NCBI GenBank assembly: GCA_951406725.2
Contig: OX597821.1
Coordinates: forward strand, 53,692,001-53,756,000
Length of the DNA: 64,000 nt
Direction: 5' to 3'
DNA from: Octopus vulgaris
Lineage: Eukaryota
The position numbers and the translations under genes were made by a program. Under the pieces are notes generated by a model. It was not told the origin of the DNA. It was given only the letters and a program-made list of their open reading frames with translations, and made no database searches. This document shows positions 14,155-27,384 of this stretch, piece after piece; position 1 is the stretch's first letter, and each line of letters begins with the position of its first letter.

Positions 14155-14408
14155 GGAGTAGTTCCGACAGGGGATGGTGGTCGACTCTGCTGTACTCTTT
14201 CACTACAACTTTCTCTCACTCCTTCCTGTTTCTGTTTTACCTGTATTTCAAAAGGGCCAGTCTTGTCACACACTGAATCTCCCCGAGAATACGTTAAGCG
14301 TCACCTGTCTGTGGAGTGCTCAACCACTTACACGTTAATTTCACGAGCAGGCTGTTTCGTCGATCGAATCAACTGGAACCCTCATCGTCGTAACCGACGG
14401 GGTGCCAC
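14155..14408 (+). mobile_element. 5'-truncated SINE (core shared with 14837 and 47389 copies, distinct tail)
   Basis: Core ctgctgtactctttcactacaactttctctcact followed by a tail ending cgtcgtaaccgacggggtgcca. Confidence 0.75.
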
Positions 14409-14606
14409 GATATATACATGTGTGTGTGTGTAAAAAGAAATTAATAATTGCGTGCGTTACGTGAATAATATTTTCAGGATTAAATAAAAAGACCACAAAC
14501 AGAAAATATGACATACTTGTATATGTATATAACTTTTAAAAAAACGTGTAGTAAATAAACATGCGAACCTATACTAAATACACAGACGAACGGAAAACAC
14601 AGATGT

Positions 14607-14661
14607 CACAACACCTCTTCAGTTATCGGCTTTAGGATCAAGCGCAATTTCGGTCATTATG
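14607..14661 (-). ncRNA. Candidate type II hammerhead-like motif (weak stem I)
   Basis: Minus: CAUAAUGACC-GAAA-UUG CGCU UGA-UC-CUAAAGCCGAUAA-CUGAAGA-GGUGUUGUG. Core boxes intact, stems II and III pair, stem I only 2 bp. Confidence 0.3.
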
Positions 14662-14836
14662 GATAATATTGGTTCCGCTCTGGAGGCACCGGCAAGAAAC
14701 TTACCGGGAATGGGACCAAAACATAACAAAACGAGACGGGCTTCTCCGTTAGTAGACGGACGAAGGACAAAACAATAAACAATAAAGGCATAGAGCCACA
14801 CGAAGGCAACAATTAAAGTGATTATGATACATATAC

Positions 14837-15140
14837 GTGGAGGCGCAATGGCCAAGTGGTTAGGGCAGCGGACTCGCGGTCGTAGGATCGTTGTCTCGAT
14901 TCCCAGACCGGGCCTTGTGAGTGTTTATTGAGCGAAAACACCTAAAAGCTCCACGAGGCTCCGGCAGGGGGTGGTGATCCCTGCTGTACTCTTTCACCAC
15001 TCTTTCACCCACTCTTTCTTCTGTTGGCCTGCTCGCTTAGCCTGCGGGGTGGCGTCATTCGAAGGCTAAAACAATGCGAACGCATTGTGACCAGCGATGT
15101 GTAATTACATCTGATGGACTGGTCGGTCACGTGGCACGTG
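14837..15140 (+). mobile_element. Full-length tRNA-derived SINE (octopus OR-like) with 13-bp TSD
   Basis: A-box tggccaagtgg, decayed B-box ctcgattccc. TSD atgatacatatac at 14824-14836 and 15141-15153. Confidence 0.9.
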
Positions 15141-15976
15141 ATGATACATATACAGCAAAAAACCCTTGGGGCTGCAAGACAAGACAAAAATGTGTAACAC
15201 GAAGGAAAAATGAAAAATTGTCCTGAAGGACTATAGAGGGGTAGAAATCAGAGATCAGAAAATCAGGACCGTGCGGTCGATAGGAGTGGAATAACACTTC
15301 TGTAGTTATATTGAAAGAGCTGCTGAGGCTTTCTACTTCATCAAGTTTCTCAATTTGTTATAATAACCAGAACAATATTTTTTTCAGATATATTTGCGAG
15401 TATTGTGAGTGGTGTTAAATCAGCCAAATCTTCATGTTGGAATTACTTGAAAGTGAACGTTATTGCTTGTTCGAAGTCCAGATCGCAAGTAAACTTTCTG
15501 TATCGGCACGATTCCCTATTGGTGGGGGTAGAGTTACATATATAAACTAAGAGACACACTCGTACATTAACACACACCTGAATCCTACTCTGTACTTGTG
15601 TGTGTGTCTGTCTCTCTCTTTAGATGTGTGTGTGTCAGTCATCACAAACATGTATGTGTTCTGACAGACACATACACCGTCACACACACATACGTGTCAG
15701 TCATCGGCCTGACGTAAGTAACGAACGTGCTAACACACTCATATAGAAATTGTGAGGTCATTGTCATTGATATAAAATGTCGTTTACGATAGGAAACTAA
15801 AAGAAAAATGATAACGTTAAACTTTTGTAATGCAAATGTGTGAATGAAAATATAGTTTAAGTTGGTAACCAAAAGGTTACCGGATTTTTTTGATATCTCT
15901 TACGTCAAAATCGGCAACTCGATTTTGGAATGCATTAGGAACATACGCACACACACATACAAACTCTCTTTTATAG

Positions 15977-16017
<41 letters not shown>

Positions 16018-18551
16018 AAAGTCTATGAGAACTACTTAATACAGTTTTAAAGTGTAAAGGTGTTTTTTTTAAAGTAATTTTTTAAATGTTATAAAATCTT
16101 TTATCAGGAAATTACTAACCGTTTTTGAGATGTCTTTTTCGTAGTCTGCGCGCGCAATCAATTAATCTTTTCAAGCACACATGCATATGTATGTATGTAT
16201 GTATGTATGTATTTATGTATGCATGCATGTATGCATGCATGTGTGTATGTTTATGTGTGTGGGTGTATTAAATGGTAACGTGGTTGATCGTAATTGTTGT
16301 TTAGCATAAATTCTGACCATTCCTTTTTTGTTTCCACACACCGATTCTTTTTTGCTACATTCTTAAATGTGTCATTCCTCTTTTTTAGATAGTGAATGAT
16401 TCAACAGTATTTCGCTGCTGCTTATGGCATATCTGATGACAGTATATAAGTTACATTGTTGGAATCGTTAACAGTGTCTGGAGAGTGATCCAACGGAGCA
16501 AAATAATGATACGCTGCGTTGCCGAAGGCGAAAGAACTGGAAATGGACTTTCCGTCGTTCCGGAACAATCAACATTCAGGTTTCCGTACAACTGTATTTT
16601 AACTCCTAAAATAATCACATATGTGGCTGAATATTCCACATGAAAATCTACCCTTAATATAATTCTCAGGCTGTATCTCTGTGACACAATGTGATAAAGC
16701 TGAACGTTTCGATCACGGAAGCAACAGAGTGAAAACTATTGAAGAACTGAATCCAGTATTACGCTGCTACTTAATTTATCCACATCAAATCGATGAAAAG
16801 CAAATTTGAAATTGTTCGGATGTGAACTGTGTATGCAGGCAATCGCAACTAATCTGGAACCTTGATTGTCTAGAATAATTAGTTGTCCTTAATGATTATT
16901 TCTTATGTTTTTATTTGTAAATATAAATGATACAATAAATGCTTCGTCTAAAGTATTTTTTCCTCTTACTATCTCACTGATATACTTCTCAGTCGAAGAA
17001 CTTACTTAGCAATCTCACTTCTATTTATAACAACTCTTCAATAAATGATATATTGATGTGACGTTAATGACTAACTGATTATTACTTTGCAGTTAATGGC
17101 ACAGCGAAATATATCCATGACTAATTCTTGCATCGTAATAGGATTGTTTTGCTAGTAACTATGGAAATTATTTGTAGACTGTTTTATATTCATACACTCA
17201 TTTATAAAACAAAAATTAAAACAAAAACTTTCTGTAGGTAGCTATGCATGGAGGAAACTTTCACATAACTGGTTGAAGGCAATTTTCTTCATTTAAATAC
17301 TTTTATTAATTGTTTTTTTCACGAATGAGAAGTAGTTATCTATAAATTGATCAGTTCAGCTTGTGAGTTGTTTAAATTAAAATCTCATCAGATTCTCATT
17401 TCTAATTCTAACGTTAACAAGAGCTGTAAATGCATGTGTAACGCATCTCCTCATTTACTATTACAAACGAAGTTTACAGTTAGACATTTAATCTTGCAAG
17501 CACGGAATATTTAAATCACTAAACCCACAATCCATACCGAGAAGGTGAGCATTGCATAATGTTTAAACAAACAATCAGAACGGATAATTTAACCAAACTG
17601 AAATGTTACAAGGGAGAATGAAAGAAACTAAGGAATCGAAATCTCAGTAGTTTAGATTGGAAATAGAAAATGCCGTGATGGTAATAATATTTTCTATATA
17701 TATTAAGATTTGTCATATATATTAATCGAAAGTACAAGTTAATACAAGCCGAATCTAGTGTAAAGTAAGGGGGTGTTTAACAATTCTGTTGTTCAGATTC
17801 CGGAATTTTTCAACATAACTATCCACATTCAGTATTGTATTTATATGATTACCTATTTACAAAAGTCTAGTTACCAATACATATGCTACATATTTCATCT
17901 GCTCGGTTGATTTTTATGCATTAGATATTTTGAAGTCATTTCACTTTGTTTCATAATAGTATAAGTAGGTTAATGGCTACTGTCGATTTAGTAGAATCGT
18001 TAGGACGCCGGGTAAAATGCTTAGTGGAATTTCGTCCATATCCTCGTTCTGTGGTCAAATAGTGCTGAGGTAGACAGACATTGTGTTTCTTCTTTTGGGG
18101 CTTTAAGAAAAAAGTACCAATTAAGCACTGAGGTCGAATTAATTGTCTATCCCCTTCTTCAAAAATGTCATGCCTTATTTTATATTTAAAAATATTTATA
18201 TTATACCGGTAAATATAAGAACGAAATGCGAGTTTTATGGAATTCTTTTGAGAACAAATAATTTCGAGACTCTACATGGTCTGATAATATATCGGAGTCA
18301 TATCAGTAACTGAAATTCTTGCACAACTACAATATGATAACATCTTTACTTAGCTTCTGTGAATAATTATAGTTGGCTACTGTCTTCAATGACTAAGTAA
18401 TGATTATTACATTTGCTCGTAATATATTACATTGAATGCAGCCATAAATATCATAAACAATTGGGCACCATATGTTCGGAAATAAATATTGTGATATACA
18501 TACATACATATTTTTACCAATATTTACGATGCAATACAATAAGATTAAGTT

Positions 18552-19560
18552 TATATGCAGGAAAGAAGTAAATAGACACCCTTATAATCATTAAAATTAT
18601 TTGTTAGTTGTTATAATATGAATATTTAGTCGACATACTCTTTACATTTTCAATGCAAGGGCCTGTTAGGCATGTTACTGATCAGACGGTGAATATTCTC
18701 TTGCGGACAAGAAATCCCATCTTCCATATATAGAGAGTCTTCTTTAATCATTTCACCACTGGAGAAGTTTGGAAGGAGTCCTTTCCGCAACATGGACACA
18801 TAGTTATTTGAGCATATCTTTCCCTCACACTCCACACGCTCTGATAAAAAATTGCTCCAAATTATCCCCAGACCATCACAGAATAGCTGCTGTGTTTCAT
18901 TGTTGGTTGCAATCTTTTCACATCTAATTCTTGATCACAATCTTCAGACCCACACTCGACCACTGTTAGGAAATACAGCAAATCTGGACTCATCAGAGAA
19001 TATGACATTGTCCCAAAATGCTAATGGCCTCTCCACCATCACACTGGCCCAATCTTTTCTCTGCTTCATATTGGCTGGTCAAAGATATGGCTTCCTTCTT
19101 CTTGCTCTGCCGTAGTAACCAAGTTTGTGGAGATACCTGACGGTTGTTCTAGGACTGACATCAACTTGCTCTGCTATGTCAGAGGTCTTGCAACGAGGAT
19201 TATCCTCCACACTTCTCTTAGCAATGAGAAGGGTCCTGTCAGAGGTCCCTGGTTGATCTGGACAATGTGATGTGGACTCCTTCCCCTGCCTGGTGGATTG
19301 CGCAATCACTCTATTAACTGTAGAAAGCGGGATCCCAAGGTTTTCTGCGATTTTACGCTGACTATATCCAGCTTCAAAATGATCCACAATACGGCCTCTT
19401 TGAACTTCAGACAGTTCCAACGCTTCTGTTTTACATGGCATGATTAAACAGTCACATATAGAATCTGAAACTTTAAAATGTCAATTAATACGAAATATAA
19501 ACCTTTACAAGTTAGAATAAACAGAAAACGATGTTTATGGGGTATTTATTTACTTCTAAC

Positions 19561-19570
<10 letters not shown>
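18552..19570 (-). mobile_element. Tc1-family transposon, internally deleted
   Basis: ORF 19079..19441 gives a paired-like HTH N-terminus. VIFSDESRF at ~18980-19008, MEDGISC (QED-like) at ~18710-18730. The PDLNPIE block is absent. Imperfect TIRs agaagtaaatagacacccttataa (~18568) and ttatggggtatttatttacttct (~19535). Confidence 0.92.
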
Positions 19571-19622
<52 letters not shown>

Positions 19623-19709
19623 AAATATAATATAATATAATATAATATAAACATATTCATAAACACTCCACTAATACCTTCACAATCAACAATACATTCA
19701 CTTTTATAA

Positions 19710-20150
19710 TGGAGACATTTTAGGGTCAGATCCACTGGCAACGTACAATCATGAGTTACTCACCCATAGACATTCCCGTTGAGAAATTCTATGGGAATAG
19801 ACTTGTCCCCGTCATCAGTAAAACTTTCAACCGTGTCTGGCGCATGAATCACTTGTCCATTAGTCTCTAGACTCTTTGATCTTTCTCTTGATTTATATTC
19901 CCGCGGTGTGTACTTTCAGAGCTCTTCCTGACTCATACACTATCAATTCAGGTGTGCAAGATTAATTTTTTTCTCAGCAAGCGATTACTCCTACACATCA
20001 ATGACATATTTTCCGTAAACTCAAAATTTCGTTAACTATACACTTCGTTACATCTAAGCATTCCACAACCTAGCGCCATGGCGTTAAATCAGCATTAATC
20101 CTGCGAACAGTGGTCCCTAAAAATCCCCTAGTGTGGGTAATGTGAATTTT
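19710..20150 (+). mobile_element. Highly decayed CR1/Jockey-like LINE RT fragment
   Basis: Broken frames read FRVRSTG, KTFNRVWR (cf. KAFDRVWH), INSGVQ and LLLHINDI (cf. GVPQG...LFLLHINDL). Confidence 0.65.
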
Positions 20151-20222
20151 GTCTCCCTCAACCTTGGGCCGATTACAGCCTTGTGAGTAGATTTGGTGGG
20201 CGGAAACTGTAAGAATCCCGTC

Positions 20223-20266
<44 letters not shown>

Positions 20267-20322
20267 GTGTGTGTGTGTGTGCGTGTCTTTACGTTTCACA
20301 TATCAAGAAAACGCAATCATTA

Positions 20323-20490
20323 GGTGCAGGTGTGGCTATGTGGTAAGAGGCTTGTTTCTCAGCTACATTGTCCCGGGTTCAGTCCTGCTGCGTCGCACAT
20401 TGGGAAGGTGTCTTCTACTATAGCCTTGGGCAGATTAGAGCCTTGTGAGTGGATATGGTAGGTGGATACTGTAAGAAGCCCGTCGTATAC

Positions 20491-20528
<38 letters not shown>

Positions 20529-20785
20529 ATGTGTGTGTGTGTGTATGTGTGTGAGTGTGTGTGTGTGTGTATATGTGTCTTTGCGTTTGTATTTGTCCCC
20601 ACCACCGTTTGCCAACCGGTGCTGGTGCGTTTACGGCCCTGTAACATAGCGGTTCGGCAAAAGACCGATAGAATAAGTACCAGGGTTATTAAAAAAAATA
20701 AGTACTTGGGTCGATACATTCGACTAAAAATTCTTCAAAATTGTACCCCAGCATAGCTGCACTCAAATGACTGAAACAAGTAAAT
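20323..20785 (+). mobile_element. Abundant bipartite SINE: tRNA-like head + internal microsatellite + 3' body
   Basis: Head gtggctatgtggtaag...gggttcagtcc...aagaagcccgtcgta, (TA)/(TG) insert, body ...cggcaaaagaccgatagaataagtacc...tgactgaaacaag. Related pieces at ~2810-2950, 20160-20225, 27275-27380, 30050-30220, 35900-36090, 52255-52450, 54090-54270 and 55495-55620. Confidence 0.85.
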
Positions 20786-21499
20786 AATTTTTTTATCTCC
20801 CTACACATTTACTCAACAATAATTCTCATGAAGACCATATCGAATGTCAGGTATTGGAACCACTAAAAATTTAATTTGGTGAAGGCACTTACTCAGTATA
20901 CCAGACAAAAAAGCCGCTCTCCCTGCACAGAGCAGGAAAATACCGACAGCTGTTATAAATCAAAAGCACAATGGAATACTGCACCCAGATATGGGACAGG
21001 GATGATGAATATAATAAAAAGACAGAAAATTTTATGGAAATTCGATTTTCCAAATTTCTTTTGAAGAACAGTTTTGCATCAGTTATTTATCGCTTTGTTT
21101 ATTTTCATTATTTTTTGTTAGATACTTTGTAATTTTACTGTTCTGAAGTCCAGTGGATACAATAACTAGAGAAACGTCTTCTAACCTTATTAATAGGGAA
21201 CTTTGATTTACATATTTTATTCACATTTATAAACATAAAGCTATAATTTCAAAACATGTATTAAATGCATGATTTTGATTGAAGAACAAAATAATGATTT
21301 TATCGATTTCAAGTTGGAGGAATTGAATTTTAAAAAGATAAATTAAAAAGCAAACACTGAATTTGCAAAATAAAGAATAGATTCATTCAGGTATGTATTA
21401 ATTTGATGAGATGCACTTAAAATCGATTGTACACCGAATTAAGCATAGAAGCGCATTTGTTAGAAACACAGAGAAACACAAACACAGATATATACATAA

Positions 21500-21557
<58 letters not shown>

Positions 21558-22222
21558 GCGTGTGTGAGTATGTATGTCTATACGTATGTATGTATGCATG
21601 TATATGTGTGTGTTCGTGTGTATACATGCACTTGTGTGTATCCATTAGTGTGAGTATGCTAAAAATGTAATAATTCACTGGATTTAATTAAATGTAAGCG
21701 AATTCGATAAAGCAGTGCTGGTTGATATATTGCCTTATAATAGCAGTTATTTCAGAAACTGTCTGTCTGTATCTTTATTACAGTTTATCGTGGAGATTTC
21801 TGCTGATAGCATTTCCATTTTTAACTAATAATGTCTAAGATTCTTTTATTCGCGATGTATTTGATGTTGCTAACTCAGTAACTTAAAATGTCCATAAAAA
21901 GTTAATGAGAATTATACAGAAAAAAATATAACATTTACATTTTCAGCTTTGTTAGAGTAAGTAAATACTTTTCCTGATAAAAATCAGTTGTTTAAAAGAC
22001 ATAGGTGAAGGTGCTACACTCTGGTAAAAAAATATTGCTTCCAATAACGTGTTCATTGGTGCTAATAAGTAAATCACTGAATGGACAATAAAAATGTGAT
22101 TTCACCACTTTTGTGAAAGAAAATTGGAAGCCAGATAATTTAAATTGCTTTTTCACTATTTCAGTCATCGATGGAAGTAAGCCCTCAGTATGTACGTTGG
22201 TATACATACATACATACATACA

Positions 22223-22255
<33 letters not shown>

Positions 22256-22276
22256 TTGTGTATATATACATACATT

Positions 22277-22330
<54 letters not shown>

Positions 22331-22844
22331 AGATGTGATCCAGTGATTCTCGGTATAGAAAACATTTTGTAGCGCTCAAATGATCGAACTTAGACTCTGA
22401 ATTATTTTGCGAGTGACCAATTTCGCGGGGTGAAGAGTGACTGTAACAGGAATCCAAGTTAGTAGAGCCGGAGACAATTATGCAGATAAACAAATAAATT
22501 ATAACAAACCGTAAGAATTTCTTCTATCCTGATGATGGAGGCACGATTTATCTGATAATTATTTACTGGCTGCATATTTTGGTGAGCTACATGTACCAAT
22601 ATTATGATGGGTCTTCGGGTCCTCAGAAACAGTTTTTGGGCGTATAACACCTTACTTCCTCCCCTTTAATTCTCTCTATCGTTTGTACTCTGCCTAGTTT
22701 GAACTATTAACATATAAATATATGTATATTATTCTTAAATATTCATCGTCTGAAAATCTTCAGTTTTTACTTTCTTTCTGTATATTTGTATACACACATG
22801 TATATTTTGTATATCAAATCCAAAGTTGTAATGTTTAGCCTTTA

Positions 22845-22891
<47 letters not shown>

Positions 22892-24080
22892 ATATATATA
22901 CATATATGTGTGTGTGAAAGAGAGAGAGAGAGAGAGAGAGAGGAGGAAGAAGGAGAGAGAAAGAGAAAGAGAAACTTAGATTAATGGCTGTAGTTACACT
23001 GAGGCATGACCGTTACTGATGATGCTCTTTCTACAACACTCGTGTAGTTGGTTGACTTACGCAATTTCTCTTACATTATAGAATGGTTAACTTTATGGAA
23101 GCTTTCCCCAAACTGATATGTCACGTCCATATCAGAAAATCTAAGTGGTAGTTTAAAAGCCTATTGAAATGCCGTAGAAGCTGTGTGAAACCATTTCTTC
23201 TAAGACAGAAACCGAGCTGACTATTAGTTAACAAATAACTTTCTTCAGCGAATGTGAGCGGTTCTATTTTGATTTGCCCCATGACTCAGATAATATGTGG
23301 AGTCAGAAAGAAGGATTTTAAAAATTTATTATCTTCCTTTATGACTGGTGCGTGTTATACGGTTTGTTTTTTTTTACATGGGGGTGTATTTCACTCGGAA
23401 AGAAAATTTGGATATTATATCTTTATTCATTTTCCTAAAGTTTGTTTACATGATTTTGAGGGAATTGCTAGAAAACCGTTTTAACCAGTTGCTCAGCTTA
23501 GCTTAATTTCATTTGTTACTGATATTAACTCAGCCTTTATACTCATATACCATTTGGTTCCCACTTCGCTCTAAAATTGTGTTGAAGAAATAATCAGGTT
23601 AATCATTTCACTGTGTGCCACGGAATAGTTGAAAACATTTCAATTGCTCATTCAGTATTTCCCTTCAAATTTTGGGGGTGAAGGTCTACAGTGTGTGTAC
23701 TATGTTCTTGCAACAGTAGCTCTAATTTATTATATAAAGAGCTTATCTTTTAGCAGCATTACAATGTACAGAAAGCACAAGGAACGGTTTCTTTATTTTC
23801 ACAAACCTTTGTTTCCTTTACAACTATTTCTTCTTCAAAAGAATGTTTGATTTCTATACAGTTAAAGCTATTTGATAAACCTTTGTTTTTCCACTATCTC
23901 TGTGTAATATATATTTATGCATAATAGCCTTTCTTCCAGAGATAATTATAATATATAAAGTCTACATTATTGGCATAAGTTGGTTAAATTACATGCCAGT
24001 ATTTTGAATTGAGTGAATTTGTGACAGTTTTGTTTATATATCTTATTTTGAGTCATAATTACCGAAGTCAAGCAATATAT

Positions 24081-24120
<40 letters not shown>

Positions 24121-24178
24121 TTCTGTGCACGTATGTATTTGTTTTATTTATATTTCCTGAGCGCCATACTAATACAAT

Positions 24179-24239
24179 TGTTCGTTTGTTTTCCACCTGC
24201 CTTCGTCTTTTGTTTATTTTCATAAAGCTTCCCGTTATA
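24179..24239. repeat. 61-bp dispersed repeat terminus abutting (TA)n; reverse-complement copy at 34981-35041
   Basis: tgttcgtttgttttccacctgccttcgtcttttgtttattttcataaagcttcccgttata, 2 mismatches between copies. Confidence 0.92.
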
Positions 24240-24301
24240 TATATATATATATAAAAAGTTATATTCCGTTAGGAACGTGGTTGAGTACAGTATAAACCCC
24301 G

Positions 24302-24333
<32 letters not shown>

Positions 24334-25899
24334 TTATATTCCGTTAGGAACGTGGTTGAGTACAGTGTAAACCTCGTCCACCTTCAGAATTACCCAGTAC
24401 CATACTTATTATGTTAAGTGAGTATGGGCAACGCAGCACGGATGAACTGACCACATTATGAAGCATCCAACGACCAGTGTTTCTAGGAATGTGTCTGTTA
24501 ATGCCAGTTGCTATTTTATAAAACTTATGTAACACTAGAGGAACATTGGTACCAACCTTAAAACAAAACAGTATTTAAAACGCCTTCGTTAAACCTTTAA
24601 ACTACGTACAGTGTTGGCAATGCAATATTTCTTTACATATATAATATTTAAATATCTTCCTCACTCTCTCCACAGGCTCTCAGTTATACTGAAGAAGCAC
24701 AACCATATTTATGTTCATGTATACATAAATACATGTGTATGTGTGTATATTTATATATGTATATATGTGTATATATATATTTGTATATATATATATGTGT
24801 GCATATATATATTTGTATATATAAATATATATATATATGGATGTATGTGTGTATGTGCATATGTGTATATGTGCGTGTGTGCGTATTTGGCGTTGATAAC
24901 TAACTCAAAACGGTAGGTTGTATCTATAAACGTGCCAACTGATATTTAAAACCTTCGTTTATATGTTCTCTCCTCTTTCTCTCTCTCTCTATATATATAT
25001 CTATCTATCTATCTATCTATCTATTTATTCCTCTCTTCGCTGTTTCTGGATCTTTATTTAAATATATGACGATGAAATATGATGGAAATATTAAGTGACA
25101 GAGCGAATATACATTAGATACAATTACAACTAAAACAGCCAATACTCACACTACATACCTAATCACAAATCTAACCAGCAACTTTTTGTATGATGTCCTT
25201 TGCTTATGAAAGAAATAAATGATCAGTCAATCTGCGTTATAATTCTAAATTAGCTGCACCGTTGCTGCCTCTAAAGTAGCCATTGAAGCCAGACATTGTA
25301 CATATTCACAATATAAAACATTATCGCTACACACTAACATATTTTAATATAACTAATTAACTGAAATATGATGCTGATCTTACAGCTCAAAGCTATCTGT
25401 AATTAGCAGAAGATATATATAATTGCCTCTTAGTGTTGAAATAAGTAAGCCCCAGTAGACAATTAAAAAAAAAATAATAATCAAGTAACGTAGCTTCGAA
25501 GTCATCGCTTGACCATCAGAAAATGGCTGTGTAATATCCGTCAAATCACACACTTCTTTCTCATAATGCGATATACACAATCGGAAAAAGTTCGATCGCA
25601 GCTTTTTCTGAAGGAAAGTTCATCACACCTGGAGCAAAAGGGCAAAAACTAGAATACATTTCATCGAAATGTATAGGGTATTAATACTTCCAAGAGCTAG
25701 ATGCATGTGTGTATGTGCATACCTGCGTGTTTTTGTATATGCGTGCCTATTTATATACAGAGGTTGGAAAATTCCTTTTTATCTGACTGTTTTTTACTAT
25801 CGTCAAAATGATAAATTCCGAACTGTTCTAATACGTGTATACGTGTTTGTAAGTGTGTGCTCGCGCGTTTAATAATTTAGAAAGAAAATTTCTAAAATC

Positions 25900-26560
25900 A
25901 TGTTAGCATTCGAAGACTAAGGCAAGACCATCTCAGGCAAGCATTATTCTGGACAGAAAGAGAATATCGCAAAGAGGGACCATAGAAAAAGGAAATGAAT
26001 TGTTACCATCGACGTATGATAACAAAATTGAAAGCAGAACAAAACCACACTCTTGCCAGCGGCACATCAAACAAAACCGTCCGGCGTAAGCTCGATACAT
26101 TTGAAAACTATAACAGAGCTGCGATACCCTAATTCCTTTTGTCCCCCATCAATATTGATAGGCGGAACAAAATGGTGCCTAAACCACCAGAAGAGGTCAA
26201 TAGCTCAATGGAACAATATCATGTCCTCTGTTGAATTATTCACCCATTTTCTCAATTCGCAGACAGTATTGCTCAGAGATGTCATGAGGAAGCCTTCAGC
26301 CCCAGCTGTTTGGTGCCTGCCACGAATCAGTGAGGTGGTTTTTGAGATGATTCGATCACCCATATCACAGAATTTTCTTGGTTCTTTTAACTGTTCTACA
26401 TGGCAGGGATAATGCCATGTAGAACAAATGAAAGACGACCGAGTATTTTGGCTGATCGTTCCCATCCTCTGGTACTAACATTGTTCCCTGGACGAGAACA
26501 TTGCTCCTGGAGGAAAACATGCAATCCACATGGTATATATAACTCGAAATTGGCATAAGG
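25900..26560 (+). mobile_element. Highly decayed Tc1-like transposase fragment
   Basis: Broken frames KWCLNHQKRSIAQWNNIMSSVE (cf. QWKNVIFSDES), EEAFSPSCLVP, TVLHGR, ILADRSHPLVLTLFP. Confidence 0.75.
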
Positions 26561-27384
26561 AGCACGACTTGTGTACAGCTAATATGTCTTTATTCTGTCT
26601 GTCATTTGATTTGTGAGTTCAAATTCAGCTGAGATCAAGTGTGCTTTTCATCATTTCGGGATTGATAAAATAATTACCAATTGAGCACGAGTGCTGAATT
26701 AATCAGAACCGTATGTAATTAAAGAACAAAAAGGGGAAATATGTAATGCCGTAACTTTCACTATGTGTGTGTGTGTGTGTGTAACCATATATATACATAC
26801 AGGCATGCTTACATAAATATACACATATAATCATTACGCTTTTATCCGCTAAATGCCAATATATTTTTAATAGAATCAGGTAAATATTAGATTAGATGAC
26901 GAATAAATATTGAATTTTAATATTCATGATAAATAAAACTTAAACGGAGTTAATACGTTAAATACACTTATTAGTTTAATGTGCTGTTTTGGGATTTATA
27001 ACATTTCTGTGTAGGCTGTGAATGATATTTTCTGTGTTGGTATATGTCCATTGGTTTAAAAACGCAACCACTTCTTATTCCTTGTGTACCTATCTTGATA
27101 TCTCCCTGAAGTTTAAAAATATCTGCTAACGGGTTACGCTCACTGCTCTCCCTACTTTGGCAAGGCTCTATGTGTCTTAAGACAAATCTTGTCTGTTTCA
27201 CAACAGAGAAATAGATTAATAAAACTTGAATTGCCCTAAATACATTCCAAGCATTTTATGCTCGTTTCTTTTGGTCGCATGGTAAGAAATCTACTTTCTA
27301 ACCGCATTGTTTCAGGTTCAGTTCTGTTACGTTGTACCCTGGGCGAATCTCTTTTACTATAGCCCTCTGAGTGGATTTCTGCAG

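Noticed and set aside
14839-14912. tRNA gene candidates (also 47391-47462)
   Set aside because: tRNA-like SINE heads that continue into SINE bodies, with poor acceptor stems; one has a TSD.
18985-19000. CTGATGAG on the minus strand as a hammerhead core
   Set aside because: It encodes SDE of the Tc1 transposase FSDES motif; no stem II/GAAA partner.
21935-21965. Possible 10-nt microexon (ttttcag|ctttgttaga|gtaagt); also an isolated acceptor at 40055 and donor near 30274
   Set aside because: Such motifs occur by chance in 64 kb of AT-rich DNA; no consistent gene model.
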